From the NCBI GenBank assembly GCA_051362555.1, contig CM120640.1:42696788-42760787 (forward strand): 64,000 nt of DNA, in the 5' to 3' direction. Source of the stretch: Lingula anatina. Lineage: Eukaryota; Animalia; Brachiopoda. Shown one piece after another: positions 34,520-49,066 of the stretch. The notes beneath the pieces were generated by a model. That model was not told where the DNA came from, did no database searches, and saw only the letters and a list, made by a program, of their open reading frames with translations. Made by a program: the position numbers and the translations under genes. Each line of letters begins with the position of its first letter. Position 1 is the first letter of the stretch.

Positions 34520-37409
34520 GGCAACATCCCTAACATCTTGACCTTGTCAAACAGTTAACTTGGCGTCTTACTGTAACTAAGACGGATTCCGCACTGTGTA
34601 TAAAAAGGTTTCTTTTGTAACAACGTTTGTGAATTTGAACGTGTGTTCAGAGATTTTGTTACTTTTCATTTTTTGTACGACGGATGAGTATGTGAGATAT
34701 GTAATGAAGATCCCATAGTATCTCCATTAAAACCATACAAAAATAAAGAACTATGGCTTCGAATTCAGTCGTGTTCTTTCAGATTTTAGTTGCAATTATT
34801 TTCAATAAGACTTTCGATATAGTGATTCAATTGAAAATAAATAGAGTAGAATATTGCATCCATTTGGATATGTTGTTCAAATGATATTCTTATGTCATGC
34901 AACAGAAAAATCTGAACCACCTGACAAAAATCGCTTAGCACTGCTTTCACAAATGGCCTGTGTCGAAGTAGATTTTATTAGGTGTTAAACTTGTCAGAAA
35001 TTAACCACATTTCTCGTTTCAAATATTCAGGTATCCTTACCAAGGTCAGTCTTAGGAACGAAGGAGGTAATGTTAATATCGACACTGATTCGTCTTTCTT
35101 TGTGTATGTCTGTTTGTATGACATCAGAAACTTTTGAAGCATACACAGATACTCAGAAAGAAAAGAAGTTATTACAATTTCAGCCGAATCTCGGTCGAAT
35201 ATTTTTTAACAATTATTGTTTCTGTTTTTCCTAATTGCTTTTTTCATGAAATGATCTCAAATTTTGACCTAAAGTCTTTACAGCGTTCAACGTCATAATC
35301 ATTCAGTCCAGAAGAGACATAACGCCCCCGTGTTCTTCTTATTAAATGTTCCTATAATACCAGACATACAAGGTTTTCAAAAATTATTGCCAAGAAGAGA
35401 CATTTAACGTTCGAATAAAGTCTGATATACCGAGCTTCTGAAAATGATGGGCGCGGGAGTGAGAGATGTTCTCACCTGTCTTGCAAGGTTAATAATTTCT
35501 CACAAGTAGAAAGAGAAACTATCATCCCAGTTCGAACATTTGTGATAGACATTACTAGAGTAATCGCCAGTTTACTTAATACTTAAAATAGCGGTTATTA
35601 CAGTCGGTACTCGATTAAGAAATATTTCTTGTAATTTTAATAGAATCATGCTACTCCCTGAATTATCGTATGTACATATACTTTATACGTGTAGCTTGTA
35701 AAAAGTGAAAATGAGGAGCGGCGTCTATCAGGCGGTATATCACGCAGAACTTAATCTTCATATCAAGAATGTACTATTTGGTATTGATTCATTCAGGATT
35801 TGTCCGTCATTCGATAAACTACTAATTAACGATGTTTCGTAAACGTTCATCTCTCATCGCGGTAAATCGGTAAATCTATTCTGATTCCAAACCCCATTTA
35901 AAGAACAAGGTGTCTACAATAAAACTCTCTGACAACAATTTTGAATAAAATTCGGTCAAAATCAGTGTAATCTTTGGTAGATTGATAACTAGTTGCCATT
36001 TGAAGATAACTCAAGATCAAACGTAAAGTACCAAAAACTATTGTCTCTGTGCAGTTTTAGCCACGCATAAAACTGGTTAATTAATGTATTGCAAAGATAT
36101 GTCAGTCAAATTTGGCGAAAAGAATCCTTGCATTTGTACGTAATCTAAGTGAATTAGATCATTATTGAGGACGGCATCTGCTACACGGGGAAGTAGAGAT
36201 TGAGGCTAGATAAGGATTAAACCAAGAATAAATACAGCAACCAATGTTTTATTGGTGGCGGAAAATGATATCTTGCAGGCAACATTTATGTTTACTCCGT
36301 TTCGTGTCCTGTTTAAAAAAATGCGTTATCTGGGTGGGGACTAGGGCAGCCTTAAGACTCTGCTCATCTTAGTTCCATAACAACAGAGTTTGAACTTTCT
36401 TTAACAGTAACTTTAAATGTGACACTTTTACGTGCACTAGTTTAAGAAAAGGTGAAGCCTGAACATGGCAAAAAATACGATATTCACGGAGAGTCGTTTT
36501 GTTCTCCTGGGACCTCTACTGAATTAGATAAAATGTCATATCCCCCAATCTGCAAGTTGTTCTCTATGTTTTCCCATAGCAAATCTAATGATGCAGTTGA
36601 AGTAGCTTTACTTTGGATTGATCAGATGGCTGCTCGTTGGCATTTCGTTTCCATTCCGCGGAATGTGGGTTCCTAATCCCTAGAAAATGAAGAATGACAT
36701 CCAACCCCATTGCCTGATCACGCTGCTGACTTAGGCGGATCAAGTTCATCTGAAATTATCATTGGAGGTATGCTAATGAAGCCGACGCGTGCTCCCTACG
36801 TCAAACAATCATCGATCAAAGCGCACAAGAGGGGTTGGACAGGAAGATTTGCACCTCTTATCTTGTCTATCAGACATGGTCGTTCCGCAGATCGGCCGCG
36901 TTTCTAACACGCGATAGAATCTGGACTGCTAGGGTTCCTCCTGTTCCTCAGCTTGCTCATCCCACATGTTTGAAATCATACACATGAGAACAACTCGGCT
37001 GATTTCTGCGTTTACTTGCAGGTTAGTCGACTCCTGCGCAGCAGTATAGTTCTTTGAACCAAACAAGCACCGCCCAATTGCAAGCCAATTAATATTCAAG
37101 ACGACCAGGGCAAACGCTGAGTTTCCCCACTTACGTTTTGGTTAGAGCACGCGTGAGAGAATCTGGTGGCGGCATTGCGTCACGGCAATCGAGTGACAAA
37201 ATCACCACTGAAAGAGCGAAGGAGCAGTTCATCAAGGGTCGCCGGCCAGAGACAGGTGTCGGCGTCTATCTCTCACGTCACGTTTCGCAACTCTTTCAAC
37301 GGAAGAAACACTCAGCAACAATGTGAAAAAACATTTTTTACAAAAAGCAAGGAGGTGTTAAGAGCCTTTTTATATACCATTTTAAAGTTATTTCGGAAAG
37401 AGATTCTAG

Positions 37410-40400
37410 ATGATGGCAATGGCTGAGGAGATGGTTTTTGATTACTTTAAAAACAATAATCTTTCAGTGGAAATCGAAAATGTCACGAGGAATGGGACAG
37501 ACAATGGTACGTCACTTTCTGACTACGCATTTTCCTTTCCTACTGAACTGATTCCTGTAGTTGTTATTTACGGGTTAACGTTCATATTGGGAGTTATTGG
37601 TAATGTTCTGGTGATCTTTTCCATTGCCTGGTACAAACGTATGCGGAATATCACCAACTTGTTTCTACTGAGTTTGGCGGGTGCAGATTTACTGCTGGTG
37701 ATACTGTGCGTTCCTATAAAGGTAAGTGTACGGAATACCTGTTAACCCTTACGGATTAGACCTGGTTGGCCTTTACGATCATAAATCTATCCTTCTTTTA
37801 GATTATATGAACTTTTTCGATACAAAAAGAGAAAAATCACACAGTGGATTACTGGAGTGTTAAAAAAAATCCTATTTTTTTATTCTAGTCTTATAAGTAA
37901 TGCGTACTTTTAATATGGAATCACGATTTTAAAGAACACTATGCTACTAGTTGTTTATTTTTCTATTTATTTATTTAATTACTCAAGGTCTGTCTGAAAT
38001 AACATTGCTTCGTTGTCTTTTGGTATGGTGAAAGTTGATGAAAAGGAAGTTATAAAAACATTTACCATTTAAATCACTTTCTCTCAAATACACACATATA
38101 TACATATACCCATCTCTAACTTTCTCTCTATCTTTCTCTCGTAAACACGCACACAAACACACATACACGTCAATGCACATCTTCCAAACAAATTAAAAGA
38201 TCAAGGGAATGGTTAATTTGCGCGAACATTTAGCCATCAAAATGCCTTCCAGGGAATCTTTATATTGAACTTTGTTTATAAAGAGCATGAATTCATCAGC
38301 ACTTGGCCTTGTTGTCGAGATTATTTACTATTTTGCTTATAACGTGTATAAGAACGTCGTTACCAGCATATCTTCATATAAATAGCCTTGATTTCCATTT
38401 TTTCCATTTTCTCGTTGCCCACGATAAGCACACTTTTAGAAAGCACTTATGAGGGAGTTTCTTTAAAAAATTAGACAGCCACCCTTTGATTTTCCGAAGC
38501 GAAATAACTTTCTCTGCACGGCTCCGCTTAATGACATGATTATTGGGGACTGCTACCGAACGGTTCTGCTGTTGCGATTTCCAATGTTTTCAGGATGAAC
38601 TCACCTGATTTCCTGTGACTAGTGAAGACTAAATGCATTTGAATCGTCAAGTACTTCAATGGGAATATCAAAACAATGTCAAAGCTCTGTTAAGGTTTAA
38701 TCCTGATATAAGGGACACGCCCTCCCGCTTCAGCACAGTACTAACGGTCTGTCATTTGAAACGTTAATCTCTATAGCCACCAAAACTTTAAAATTTAAAA
38801 AGTTCGCATTCCAAAAATTGCTAACCCTTAAATTGTATAAAAAATGACTACGCACACATTTCATTGAGGTAAACACCTCCCAAATCGAGCAAACCAAGAA
38901 CTGGCTGAAGTATTCTACTTGATGCATTAATTGTCACATCTTTTTCTTTTTTACTTTGAAGTTATGTCGCAAGTTGCCTATGATCACTTTAATTGATTTT
39001 CACTCCCAGTCTGGTAGTGCAGAAGTGCACTAAGATTCGTATAGGTTTGACGTTCATTAAATAAATGTCCTCAAATGCTTAATCATGTACAGAATAACGA
39101 TTACAAGAACTAGCCAGTTTCGAGGACGATCAAACTAACGTAGGGGGTCAACAGTTATTTGCTATGTTTCAGTTATCGTAAGTATAATGCTACGGGGTGT
39201 TTTTCTTACTGAGTGTAAAATGTGAGCATATTCCTAATTTTGGAGATGATCAGCTCTTCACGCAGCTGGTTTGGTACTCGGTACTTCGCGCTAGAAGGGA
39301 TAATGAGTCTAAATTGCTGCAAGAACGTAAAAGGTACATCAAAATTGCTAAAAGAATGTCAGAAGTGTCAAGGGGGTATCGGTCATCAAATGCCCGATTA
39401 AGTATTTCTTTGGGTAAAAAAAGGGTAAGTTAACCTTAGGAATTTCTTATCTGATTGTGGTACAAATGTTGAGTTATAGAAAATATTATGCATATAAGAT
39501 TCACTTAAATTGGAAACTGGGCGCACTTTATGGACATTAAAAATGTGATAACTATTGTCGAATAAACAAACCTTTCCGAAGAGCTTGTGAAACCATGTAA
39601 ATGGAAATGAAACCCATTTCCTTTTCAACCGTGAAACCAGTTGCATGCTGAAGACGCACGAGGTACAAACACCAAAACGGATGATAGGTCACCTATTTAA
39701 ATCGATCGAACGCGTTCGGAGGTGTGTGATTGCGAACGAGCACATTCATTTTAGCATGTGTTCTGTACGCAAGAGAATAGGTTCGTGCTTTTGTCAGAAT
39801 GCCACTAAGTGAAGTGAAGTGCATAAACGACACACGGATGAACTTAAATATTTCAATCAGAATGTAAAAAAATTAGATCAATTCATTTTTATGATTCTGA
39901 CACTGAAGTGTACTTTTATTAATAGCAACTGCTCTCTCTCTGTCAGGCAAGTTGCCAAAATCAACATTAACCATGGCGATTATCAATGAAAGCAGCGCTC
40001 CTAATAATGCAATTAATACCCACGTATACTATATCATTCCAACGATAGTTTATGTTTCATCTTTTCGACCAACCCATTGGTTTCCAATATACCTGTCAAG
40101 CATCAGAAATAAGAACAAAAATCTTGCCATCAATTGCACCAATTACCCCATGGTCTTGGTAATCATTCGGGCCACTATAATTTCATTACTTGGACCGGTT
40201 CGTTGTTAGGCGTACGCGTCTGCCAGTAGTTTTTAAAACAATAGCCAGAAATAACATTTTGTTGTTTTTTCATAAAGTATTACCTTGCTGTGTCTATAAT
40301 AATCAAACCTAAGCATCTTGTCAGAGAATTTTGCATACATATTATTCTTAGGCAAGGAAAGTTCGTGTTCATGACCTTTTGTTTCGAAATAAGTAATATC

Positions 40401-43400
40401 CGCAAGCCAAAAGCCAATTCTTCGCTGTCATTATACATAGTCTCAGCACAGGTCCTTTGTATGGACAACGGCAACTTTTTCGATTACAGTGTGGAAATAA
40501 GGAAGTGTCATTTAGGAACCGCCTCTTCCTTTGATTAAGAAATCGTTTCGATGCGTTTCCTTCTTGGTGATTCTTTTGACACAAAGTCGCTCCTTGTATT
40601 GATTGCTTCTTCGTTTAACTCCAATGATCTTGGCATCCCTACATTTGTAATACGGAAAGCGCAATAAGTTAACGTCTTATCTTGATACCCATAAGGGCGA
40701 TCGTTTTTCCATCCCGTGGCGGTGTTTGAGCCCAATCCACTTTTGTCTCTGGAGGACAAATTGTATAATTTATGTCACAATTTATGTAGATCGTATTTTA
40801 TGTGTGTTCTGTGCAGTCGGTTCTGTGTCATATCAATATCAAATTTATACTCTCGGTAGGCATGGCCAATGGGAGACAATAAAACTAATTGGCCGCAACG
40901 TGTATTCGAGTAGATGGAACGATACAAAACATGTCCAATTAATAGGGTGGAAAACAATACTTTTCGAATTGGTGTTAAGTATGACTGCTTTATCTGTCTT
41001 GTAAAATACGAATAAGATCAAAAGATGCAATCTCCACGGATCTTCATTTCTTGACTCCAATGCACAAGAGTGGTCACTTATTGAAATGGCTGTATTTGTG
41101 AGAAAATCACTCGGTGCAATTAATCAAAACCACCTCTAGTTGTCTCGTTTATCTTTTTAATGTTAAAGAGGAACCGTGATTATAGTTAACCACACTCTTA
41201 GAGCGGTCTTTCCAGCACTAATCAGACTGACAGAACACGCAATTTAGAGGATTATTTTTCCGATCTGCACTCGACCACATGTTTGTTATGTTATTGTGTG
41301 GATAAAAGTTTTCAGGCAAAAATTAATCTTAAACATTTCTGTGCTTTCTGAACCTAAAACAATAACAAAAACTTTTTGTGACAGTGATCCGTTGTTTTCC
41401 TTTTGAAGGGACTTTTTTGGGTGTTAGTTTATTGACTTTAATGTTTTGAAATAGTGCACTTAGTATCTTCTGTTTTATCGGTGACTTTGCAAATTAAAAG
41501 AGAAAATATTACAAACGCTTCATTCACCTTGCATTATTTGTTCTTTTTACGTTATTTTTGCAGCTTGCAGTAAATTTTTCGTTCACCTGGGAATTTGGTG
41601 AGGCCGTCTGCAAACTGGTCCATTACATGCAGAATGTCTCCATGATCTGCTCCGTTTTGACGCTGACCGCCATGAGCCTAGAGAGGTATTTTTTACAGGG
41701 AAGACGCACGCATTCGCTTAAATTCATCGTCGATCACGCACACTCACAATCGATTACTTATGTTTTGTATTAATCGTGATAAAAATATTATAGATGTGAG
41801 CGTACAAATATTTATGAAATAGACTAGTCAGGCGAGCGATGTAGATTATCTCCGAGTGTACCATAAAAAACATATCATTTACTCTTGGCAAATGCCATAT
41901 GCGACTTTAAAAAAAAATCTTGATTCTTTGTATCAACAAATTTAGTTCCCTATTCCCTACAGAGACAAGCGTTGATGCTAAACCTATTTTTCTATTTTTC
42001 CCCATTTATTCAACAGATACTACGCAATTCTACATCCAATAGAGGCCCGGCATGTTTGCACCAAACGTCACGCCAAGCTGGTGTGCATTGCCGTATGGGT
42101 GGCATCGTTCGTGATGGCAACCCCCATTCTCATAGGACAGGTGGGTCGGAATGTACAATGATCTAAAGAGGTAAAGAACGCGCCAAGAGCTCAGACCTCT
42201 GCTAAGGAAAAAGTCAGTGATAAGACCCGGATTCAGTTGAAATTGTAATTGAATCTTTCTCTCCTAAAAACGCCTTTCTTGACAAATATCATCAAAATTT
42301 GTATAGAATTTTAAGTATCTTGACAGGCGAAAATATAAAGATCTTTGTTGGTCTTGTACTCGTGTATAACCGTTACTTTATTCCTCTTTTTTCTTTCGTT
42401 TTGCTTTAAGACTCACCTACAAGTTGGAAAACCCCCAGTTGTTGGTTATTGGTGCCTTAAGGATTGGTCTGCGCAGCACTGGGATATCCTCTATGAAGTC
42501 TACATGCTGTTGGTCATCTTCTGCATCCCGGTGGGAGTTATGGTGTTTGCCTATTGTAACATCATATCAGAAGTGTGGGTGGTCACTGGTCGGAGGGCTT
42601 CCATGAGGTCTGGGGAGTAAGTATGCTTTTTTATTTTTATTTTAGCCACATCGCGTTAAATTTCAATGTGGAATAACAATGGTTGTGCTAAGGTTCACCG
42701 CCGTTGCGAGAAAAAGAATACTTCGACGAGAACTTTATTCAGACTGTGGTGATAGTAATACAACAACAGTACGTGCAGCATTTTTCTTATAAAAATACCC
42801 TCTATAGTACGCCTTATTTTTAATAAAACCGACGATACCGTTTCAGTGTAACGGTATTTGTTTCTCAACTTATGAATTAAGAAAGCGCCTAAGGTATACG
42901 AGATCCGACGCTTCTTTGACAACCTAATATTGACTGATATTTCAAGCTCGAGACAATCTAAGCAATGATTCAGAGCTATCCTGCAATTATGTGAGCGTTT
43001 GCAGGACACTGATGGCAATATAGCACCCTGTTTTGCACACATAAAATAGACTGTGGGGAAATAAATTGTTGACGGATGTGTCTTGGCAGCGTATTTATCA
43101 GGAATGAGATTTAGAGGTCGTGCCCTAGTTCTTTGAATATGCATACTGGTCAAATAAAATTTTGTTATGGACGTTTTCGTTTTGAACATTACTAACATCC
43201 TCAGTCTCAAAGACCAGCCATGTTGTATTGTACTTAAAAAAGGGTTTCAAAATAGAATATATATATTTTTTCGCTTAGAGCAAACGGAATCTCACTGCCC
43301 TGTAAGAAGGAATCGATTCCAATGACAGACATGAAAAAGAACAAGAGGCAAAAAAATTCCGCAGTGGGACACAGACAGCCAAACGCTGAAGATGTTTCTA

Positions 43401-44375
43401 CGCGAAAGCAGGTATGTTTCCCGCTTAGGAGACTTGTGTGTAACTCAAGAGCACGATGCATATTTATTTCCCCTTTTTGGTAGCATGTTTATGTGGTTTA
43501 CCATGGCTTTGAGTTCTTATTTGCTCAATTTATCGGTGTTCTTCGCCACAAACTAGGTGGAAATACTTATAACTTACACCTACTTATACGTATTCTTAAA
43601 CAATGTCCCGTTGATCTTTAAATCAAGTACCTCTCGTAAGATAAATGAACGTACTTCAATACACGTAAATTAAAGAGGCTCTCTTCAACATCAAGAGCCC
43701 ATGATTGAAATTAATCTTTACACGGAAAGCATTTCCAAGATCTAAGTATTAAAATGTTTTTGAGTTTGATGTTTCAATTTCTTAAACAACAGGAAGCAGA
43801 TCTCAGGTAGATCGGTAGCAAAACTATTCCTCCTGTGGGTCATACCTGCCGAGAAACTTGTTAAGATGTAACTTCAATGTTCTCAAGTTACCTGACAAGG
43901 TGCAAACAACTTCCGTTCTTTACATCAGAACAGGTTGTCCTGATCCATCCATACTATGCACCTAGCTCTAACGGTTGTTTTCACTTTTTTGTTTCAGGTC
44001 ATCAAAATCTTAGTTGCTGTCATAGTATTGTACATCATCTGTTGGGGACCTGTTCTTTTCAACAACCTCTTGACCGCAGTGGGTGTTCTAAGGCGTCTAA
44101 ATTATGGCTACCTCAAGCCAATGCGCCAGGCGTTCTATATTATGAGTTACTTCAACAGTTGCGTCAACCCAATCGTTTACGGTTTCATGTCGAAAAACTT
44201 CAGGAAGAGTTTCAAGCAAACTCTATGTATGTGTTGGTGCGACCGTCAGTCAAAAAACACCCTAAAACGGACCTGTGTTGAGCAGACGACATATAGTTCC
44301 ACTGTGACCAGATGGGACAGCACAGCTGCGGCAGCCTACCATAAGCCGGAATCGCCAATACCGTCGGATGTGTGA
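37410..44375 (+). CDS. Rhodopsin-family (class A) neuropeptide-type GPCR, about 424 aa, 6 exons
   Basis: Exons: 37410-37721 (N-glycosylation sites, TM1 GNVLV, TM2 LAGADLL..CVP), 41564-41685 (WEFGEAVCK..SLER), 42017-42140 (YYAILHP, TM4), 42411-42616 (ECL2 Cys, TM5 IPVGVM..Y), 43279-43411 (ICL3), 43998-44375 (TM6 CWGP, TM7 NSCVNPIVYGF, helix 8 FRKSF). Phases are consistent. Confidence 0.95.
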
Positions 44376-45702
44376 CAATCTTAAAGATAAAATCCAATCA
44401 AGCTGTCTCACATTATCATGAAGTTGAATTGGGGATTTGTGCCCATTTTTGTCGAATTCGGGCAGAATGGTCTGAGGTAGACGGGTGTAGTAAATGCGAC
44501 GCAGTTAAGCACTTAAAGCCCTAAAGTCGATATGCTGAGGAGAGCTAAACTTGTTTCGTATGGTGAGATTGAGGATAAAACCAAATTACGTTCCTCTGCA
44601 GGTTTCGGAAAGTAATCATCTCTAGCGATTATGTCTAATTGTGTCCCTGGAGTTTGGAAGTCTGTGCTGTAACGCATAGCCCGTTTGAACTTACAGTGCA
44701 TTCTATACAAACTGAAAATATTTATAGAAATATAAAACAGTGGTGTAACGGGAAACGATCCTTATCAAGGTTCGAAAGGATTCATTTATTCAAGTAGCTA
44801 TGCAAGGTGTGTTTAATATCTAAGTGTACAGATGTGAAATAAGGCTAAAATACAAAACATAAAGTCGAATGATTTTAAGGTTGGGTTATTTAACCTATCC
44901 TGAAAATGTTGAGAGGCTCAGTTTTGCATAAATGCCGATATGGATTCTTGATTATTTTTGGAATAAACTTTTGAGCGGCGTTCTACATGTGTACATCTAC
45001 ATAAATTGCGATGAGTGGGCAATGTTAAATGACGTTTGTTTGAATGAATTTATATATGAGCATCAAAGCAACAAAAACATGTATATACACTGGAGTAAGA
45101 TAGAAATGGATATAACATTTCCAATCTAATACTCTATTAGACTATGTACGAAGAAAAAAAGTAAACATATTCACAATGGATAAAGATATAGAGGTCAAAA
45201 ATCGTATTACTAATCACATGTTATCAAACTATGTGTTCACTTTATGTGTATGATTTTGTTTGTACATAACACTAGATTGCTTTTTACGTCCGACATCTTA
45301 GCAAAACCTGATTGCGTAATGTGTCCATAAAACAATGAACTTCGAATTCTCCACCAATGTGCGACACTGGCGTTTGATATATAGCAGACATGGGTGCACC
45401 TTCACTTTCTCACAGTTGTCACAAATGTGATTACAAAAATGTACAATTTAACAGGTGCCATCGTCTGTATTTTTAAGCAAAGACAAAACAACTCTTACCA
45501 GATTAATACTTAATAATTGTAATATTCTGAACCTGGTTTACATATGTAAAGCATACTTTTTTAGATGCTGTTATATGAACTGAACGTGCACCACTATATT
45601 CTCAATAATGTACAAAAGTGTTTCAATAAATCTGTATGTTGTACCTTGTAAATAAATGCTATCGTGATCAACATCCCGCTTTAAATCGACTTCTGTAATT
45701 CT

Positions 45703-48700
45703 TCAAAATTTGGTCTCGCTGTGGGTCTGGTATGCTACTCGGTACATCTCTCTTTTTTCCTCTGAGGAAGGTCCCCATTCAGGACTTGGCCTTATTAAAC
45801 CTCGAATTCGCTGTAAATAATACAAAAAAAATTATCAATGCGATTATTAAGAACCCCGGTGTTTTTATCAATATCAGATTTTGAATATATCACACCCAGC
45901 GAGTGGTACGATGAAACGCTGAACACATATTGCTTATCGGTTTTCTTGCAAACGACCTTTAATGTTAAGTACCTGCAAAAGTGATCCCTTAGTTCTGGCT
46001 ACTTGAATTACCATCAGCAAAGGTATAGGCAGAATGGAGCATAACGCAATGACCCACCCAATGCCGTACGTCCATTCTGGATATACATAGTCTCCGTATG
46101 ACACCGGACTATGCATTATCAGGCTGAATATCAACACAAACTGAAAAAGTGAAATGTCTGTATAAATAAGTTGTCGCGGTTGCAGAATTTATCTTATTGC
46201 AACCCAGTTAAAGCAGAGAAGTTACCCAAAAAGAGTATTGACTATGTCTTAGAACTGCTCATATCAAACAACAGGTATGGGTCACACTTATGAAGCTATA
46301 ATGGCGTAACTTCTCTGAGTGGTAAACGTACTTCAAAATTTGTTTCAGCCTTCAAAAACTTGTCAATGTACGATGACGATTCTTAAATACCTGTCGCCTT
46401 TCCATAGCATACACCTATATTGAGAAGTATAACACTACGTGATTTTTGAAATGCGATTTTTGGGTCATTTATAGAGTTACTGTACATGTAATATACTATT
46501 TGACTTCAATTAAAGCAAAACTTACTAAAATGGAAAGCGGTGTCACAACAAGCCAGCACACTTTAAAGAACAATGGCGGCGGTCTTCCAACCATCAGAGT
46601 GATATCTTTGCAGAAACGATTTAAACCTGAAATATGCACCAGAAAAAAAAAAAACAATATTCGCATAACGTAAATAATATAACAGAGAAAATACAACAGT
46701 TACAAAAATACAATCTTATAATATTTATTACTCTTACTAGTGGCCATCTTTGGCAAATACACGACGCATTTAAATAAATGAAAGCGTTCAAGAGATTATA
46801 AATAAAACTCTCAGTTTTCACAGCAAAGTAGAGAATGCCATAATTTATGGTTATTTACCATACACCCAGGCAATGACCACACATTCAGACATACTGATCA
46901 CCAGGAGGGACAGCGTAGCACAGTACCAGTCCATCACCTGCAGGATATAAACGCCGCCCTGGAATAACGGGGGAGCTCGTAAAATAATTTGCCATGTAGG
47001 TCAAATTTAGAAACGTCCAACAAAAACCTTTCCATTTACTTATGGCAAAAACCCAAGAGTCCACAGAGTTTTGAGAGCATCGCACAAAGATAAGTTATTG
47101 ATACTTTTCCACAAAATCTGAATGGATACCATTTGGAACAGCCAGAAGATGAATACTAAAATAGTAACAAATTCCACTCTGCACAGTCATACGTTTTGAT
47201 GCATATGATATGTATAACCAGCACGGTCTGGGGTTGCTGGAGTGCCTTTAATATTTTTTTTATTTTAAACTTTTTCAGATTATACATAAAACCGGACTCC
47301 GATGTAAACAGTAGTTGGTCTATATGCGGTATTAATAATCAATAAGTTAAAGGGAAAACAACTGTTCGTAAGATATCCATATTTTACAACATATGCATTG
47401 TAAACAACTCACAGAAATATAAAAAATTGTATTTTATTGCCAAAACGGCAGTTAACGCAATCATTCTGGAATTTGTGTTTGCCATCACATCATGTGACCT
47501 CCATAGATTGCTACACTCTGTAATAGTCTCTTAAGAGAATATTACAAAAAAAAAAAAAAACTTTTTAGAAAAAAACAGGGACTAACTTTGAATGTATGAA
47601 TGTATTCAATAACCATTGGTAATTATGGGAAAATTGTCCTTTACTTAAGGAAAATCCATTTTTGGCCGAAATGAACAGTTGTTATCCCTTTAAGCATTAG
47701 CAGACTTACCTGAGTAATAAGCATGAGGGACACGAGAAACTGTATTAAGCACACCATGCCTGTCAGTATAGTTTTTTTAGGTCTCAAAATACGTGGGAAT
47801 TCGTCAGTAAGGCTGCTAACCAATGTTTCAACTTGACCAAACTGGTGAATAAAAATTAAGAAAATGAAAATTGACCAGATTTTATGTCACACTTGATTGA
47901 ATTTGCCGCATAAATATTTCTTTACATACTCGGTATCATCCACGAGGGAGGGCCTATCTATTTATTGCTTTATAAAAAGCCTGTCTTTCGCGTTTATGAC
48001 GCCTTTGGAGATGATTGTGGATGAGACGCTTATGGCACCGGGGGGGGGGAGGGGGGGGGGGCAGGAGTAATCATATCTTACTTTGAAATCCGTAAACGCC
48101 GCCTGTGGTTGGGACTACCGCCGTTTAAAAAACCGCTAGAGAATTTACTTCAAAACATCCACTTTAGTCTCGACGTACCTGACTGCCAAGACCAATCATT
48201 ATCAGCATGCCAAAGAACAGCACAGACCACAGGGGCGAGAGTGGCAACTTTGCTGCAGCTTCTGGGTATACTACAAATGCTAAACCAGGACCTACAAAAG
48301 ACAAATAAATCTTAATAGATAAACAAACGGTGGTAAATTTTCCAGACAAACATACTGTAGAAATCAAATAAGATTATGATATAACGCTTTTCAGACACGG
48401 GAATGTGGATGACACTTAAATGTTTTAATGTAATACACACTGCGAACCAAACCTTAGTTTAACTAAGTTTTCTTAGTCACGTAGTCTGTTTCCGGGTCTG
48501 ATAGTCATACTGACTTATGATTTGGCCAGTTTCACAAGCATGATTATCAACTTCCGTATCTTTGGCTTAAGTTAGCTCTCAGTAGTCTTGTCTGCTAAAA
48601 ACACTGATAAAAATTTACTGGAAAAAGGTTGTTTCGAGCTAGAAGTCAGTCTATAACATACAGGTACGAACCTTGTCTAACCACCTTGCTGATATCCTCT

Positions 48701-48996
48701 CCTGTTTCATATGCCATAAATCCTATCACCGTAAACACTACTAAGCCTGCAAAAAGACATGTTATAGTGTCCACCACAGAGATCAGAATGGAATCCCTGA
48801 AAAAATACATGACATTGTATATGATTTTCTACTGCTGTTATCTGATATTAACACTTTAACCGTGACTTACAGAGAAAAAAGACGAATAAATGCCATCTGT
48901 TCAGGTAAATCGGAGAACTGCAAGCGAAGGTGTGCCATTTTGCGTATTGCAGATCCACTCTCACTCGAGAAGACATATATATATATGGACAGGGTT

Positions 48997-49066
<70 letters not shown>

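Noticed and set aside
42695-43210. 171-aa minus-strand ORF, the longest in the track
   Set aside because: It lies antisense in a GPCR intron, starts at a non-ATG codon and has no recognisable domain.
48040-48062. Long G run with G-quadruplex potential
   Set aside because: A simple homopolymer in an intron. Similar C/G runs occur elsewhere (1176, 2815) with no sign of function.
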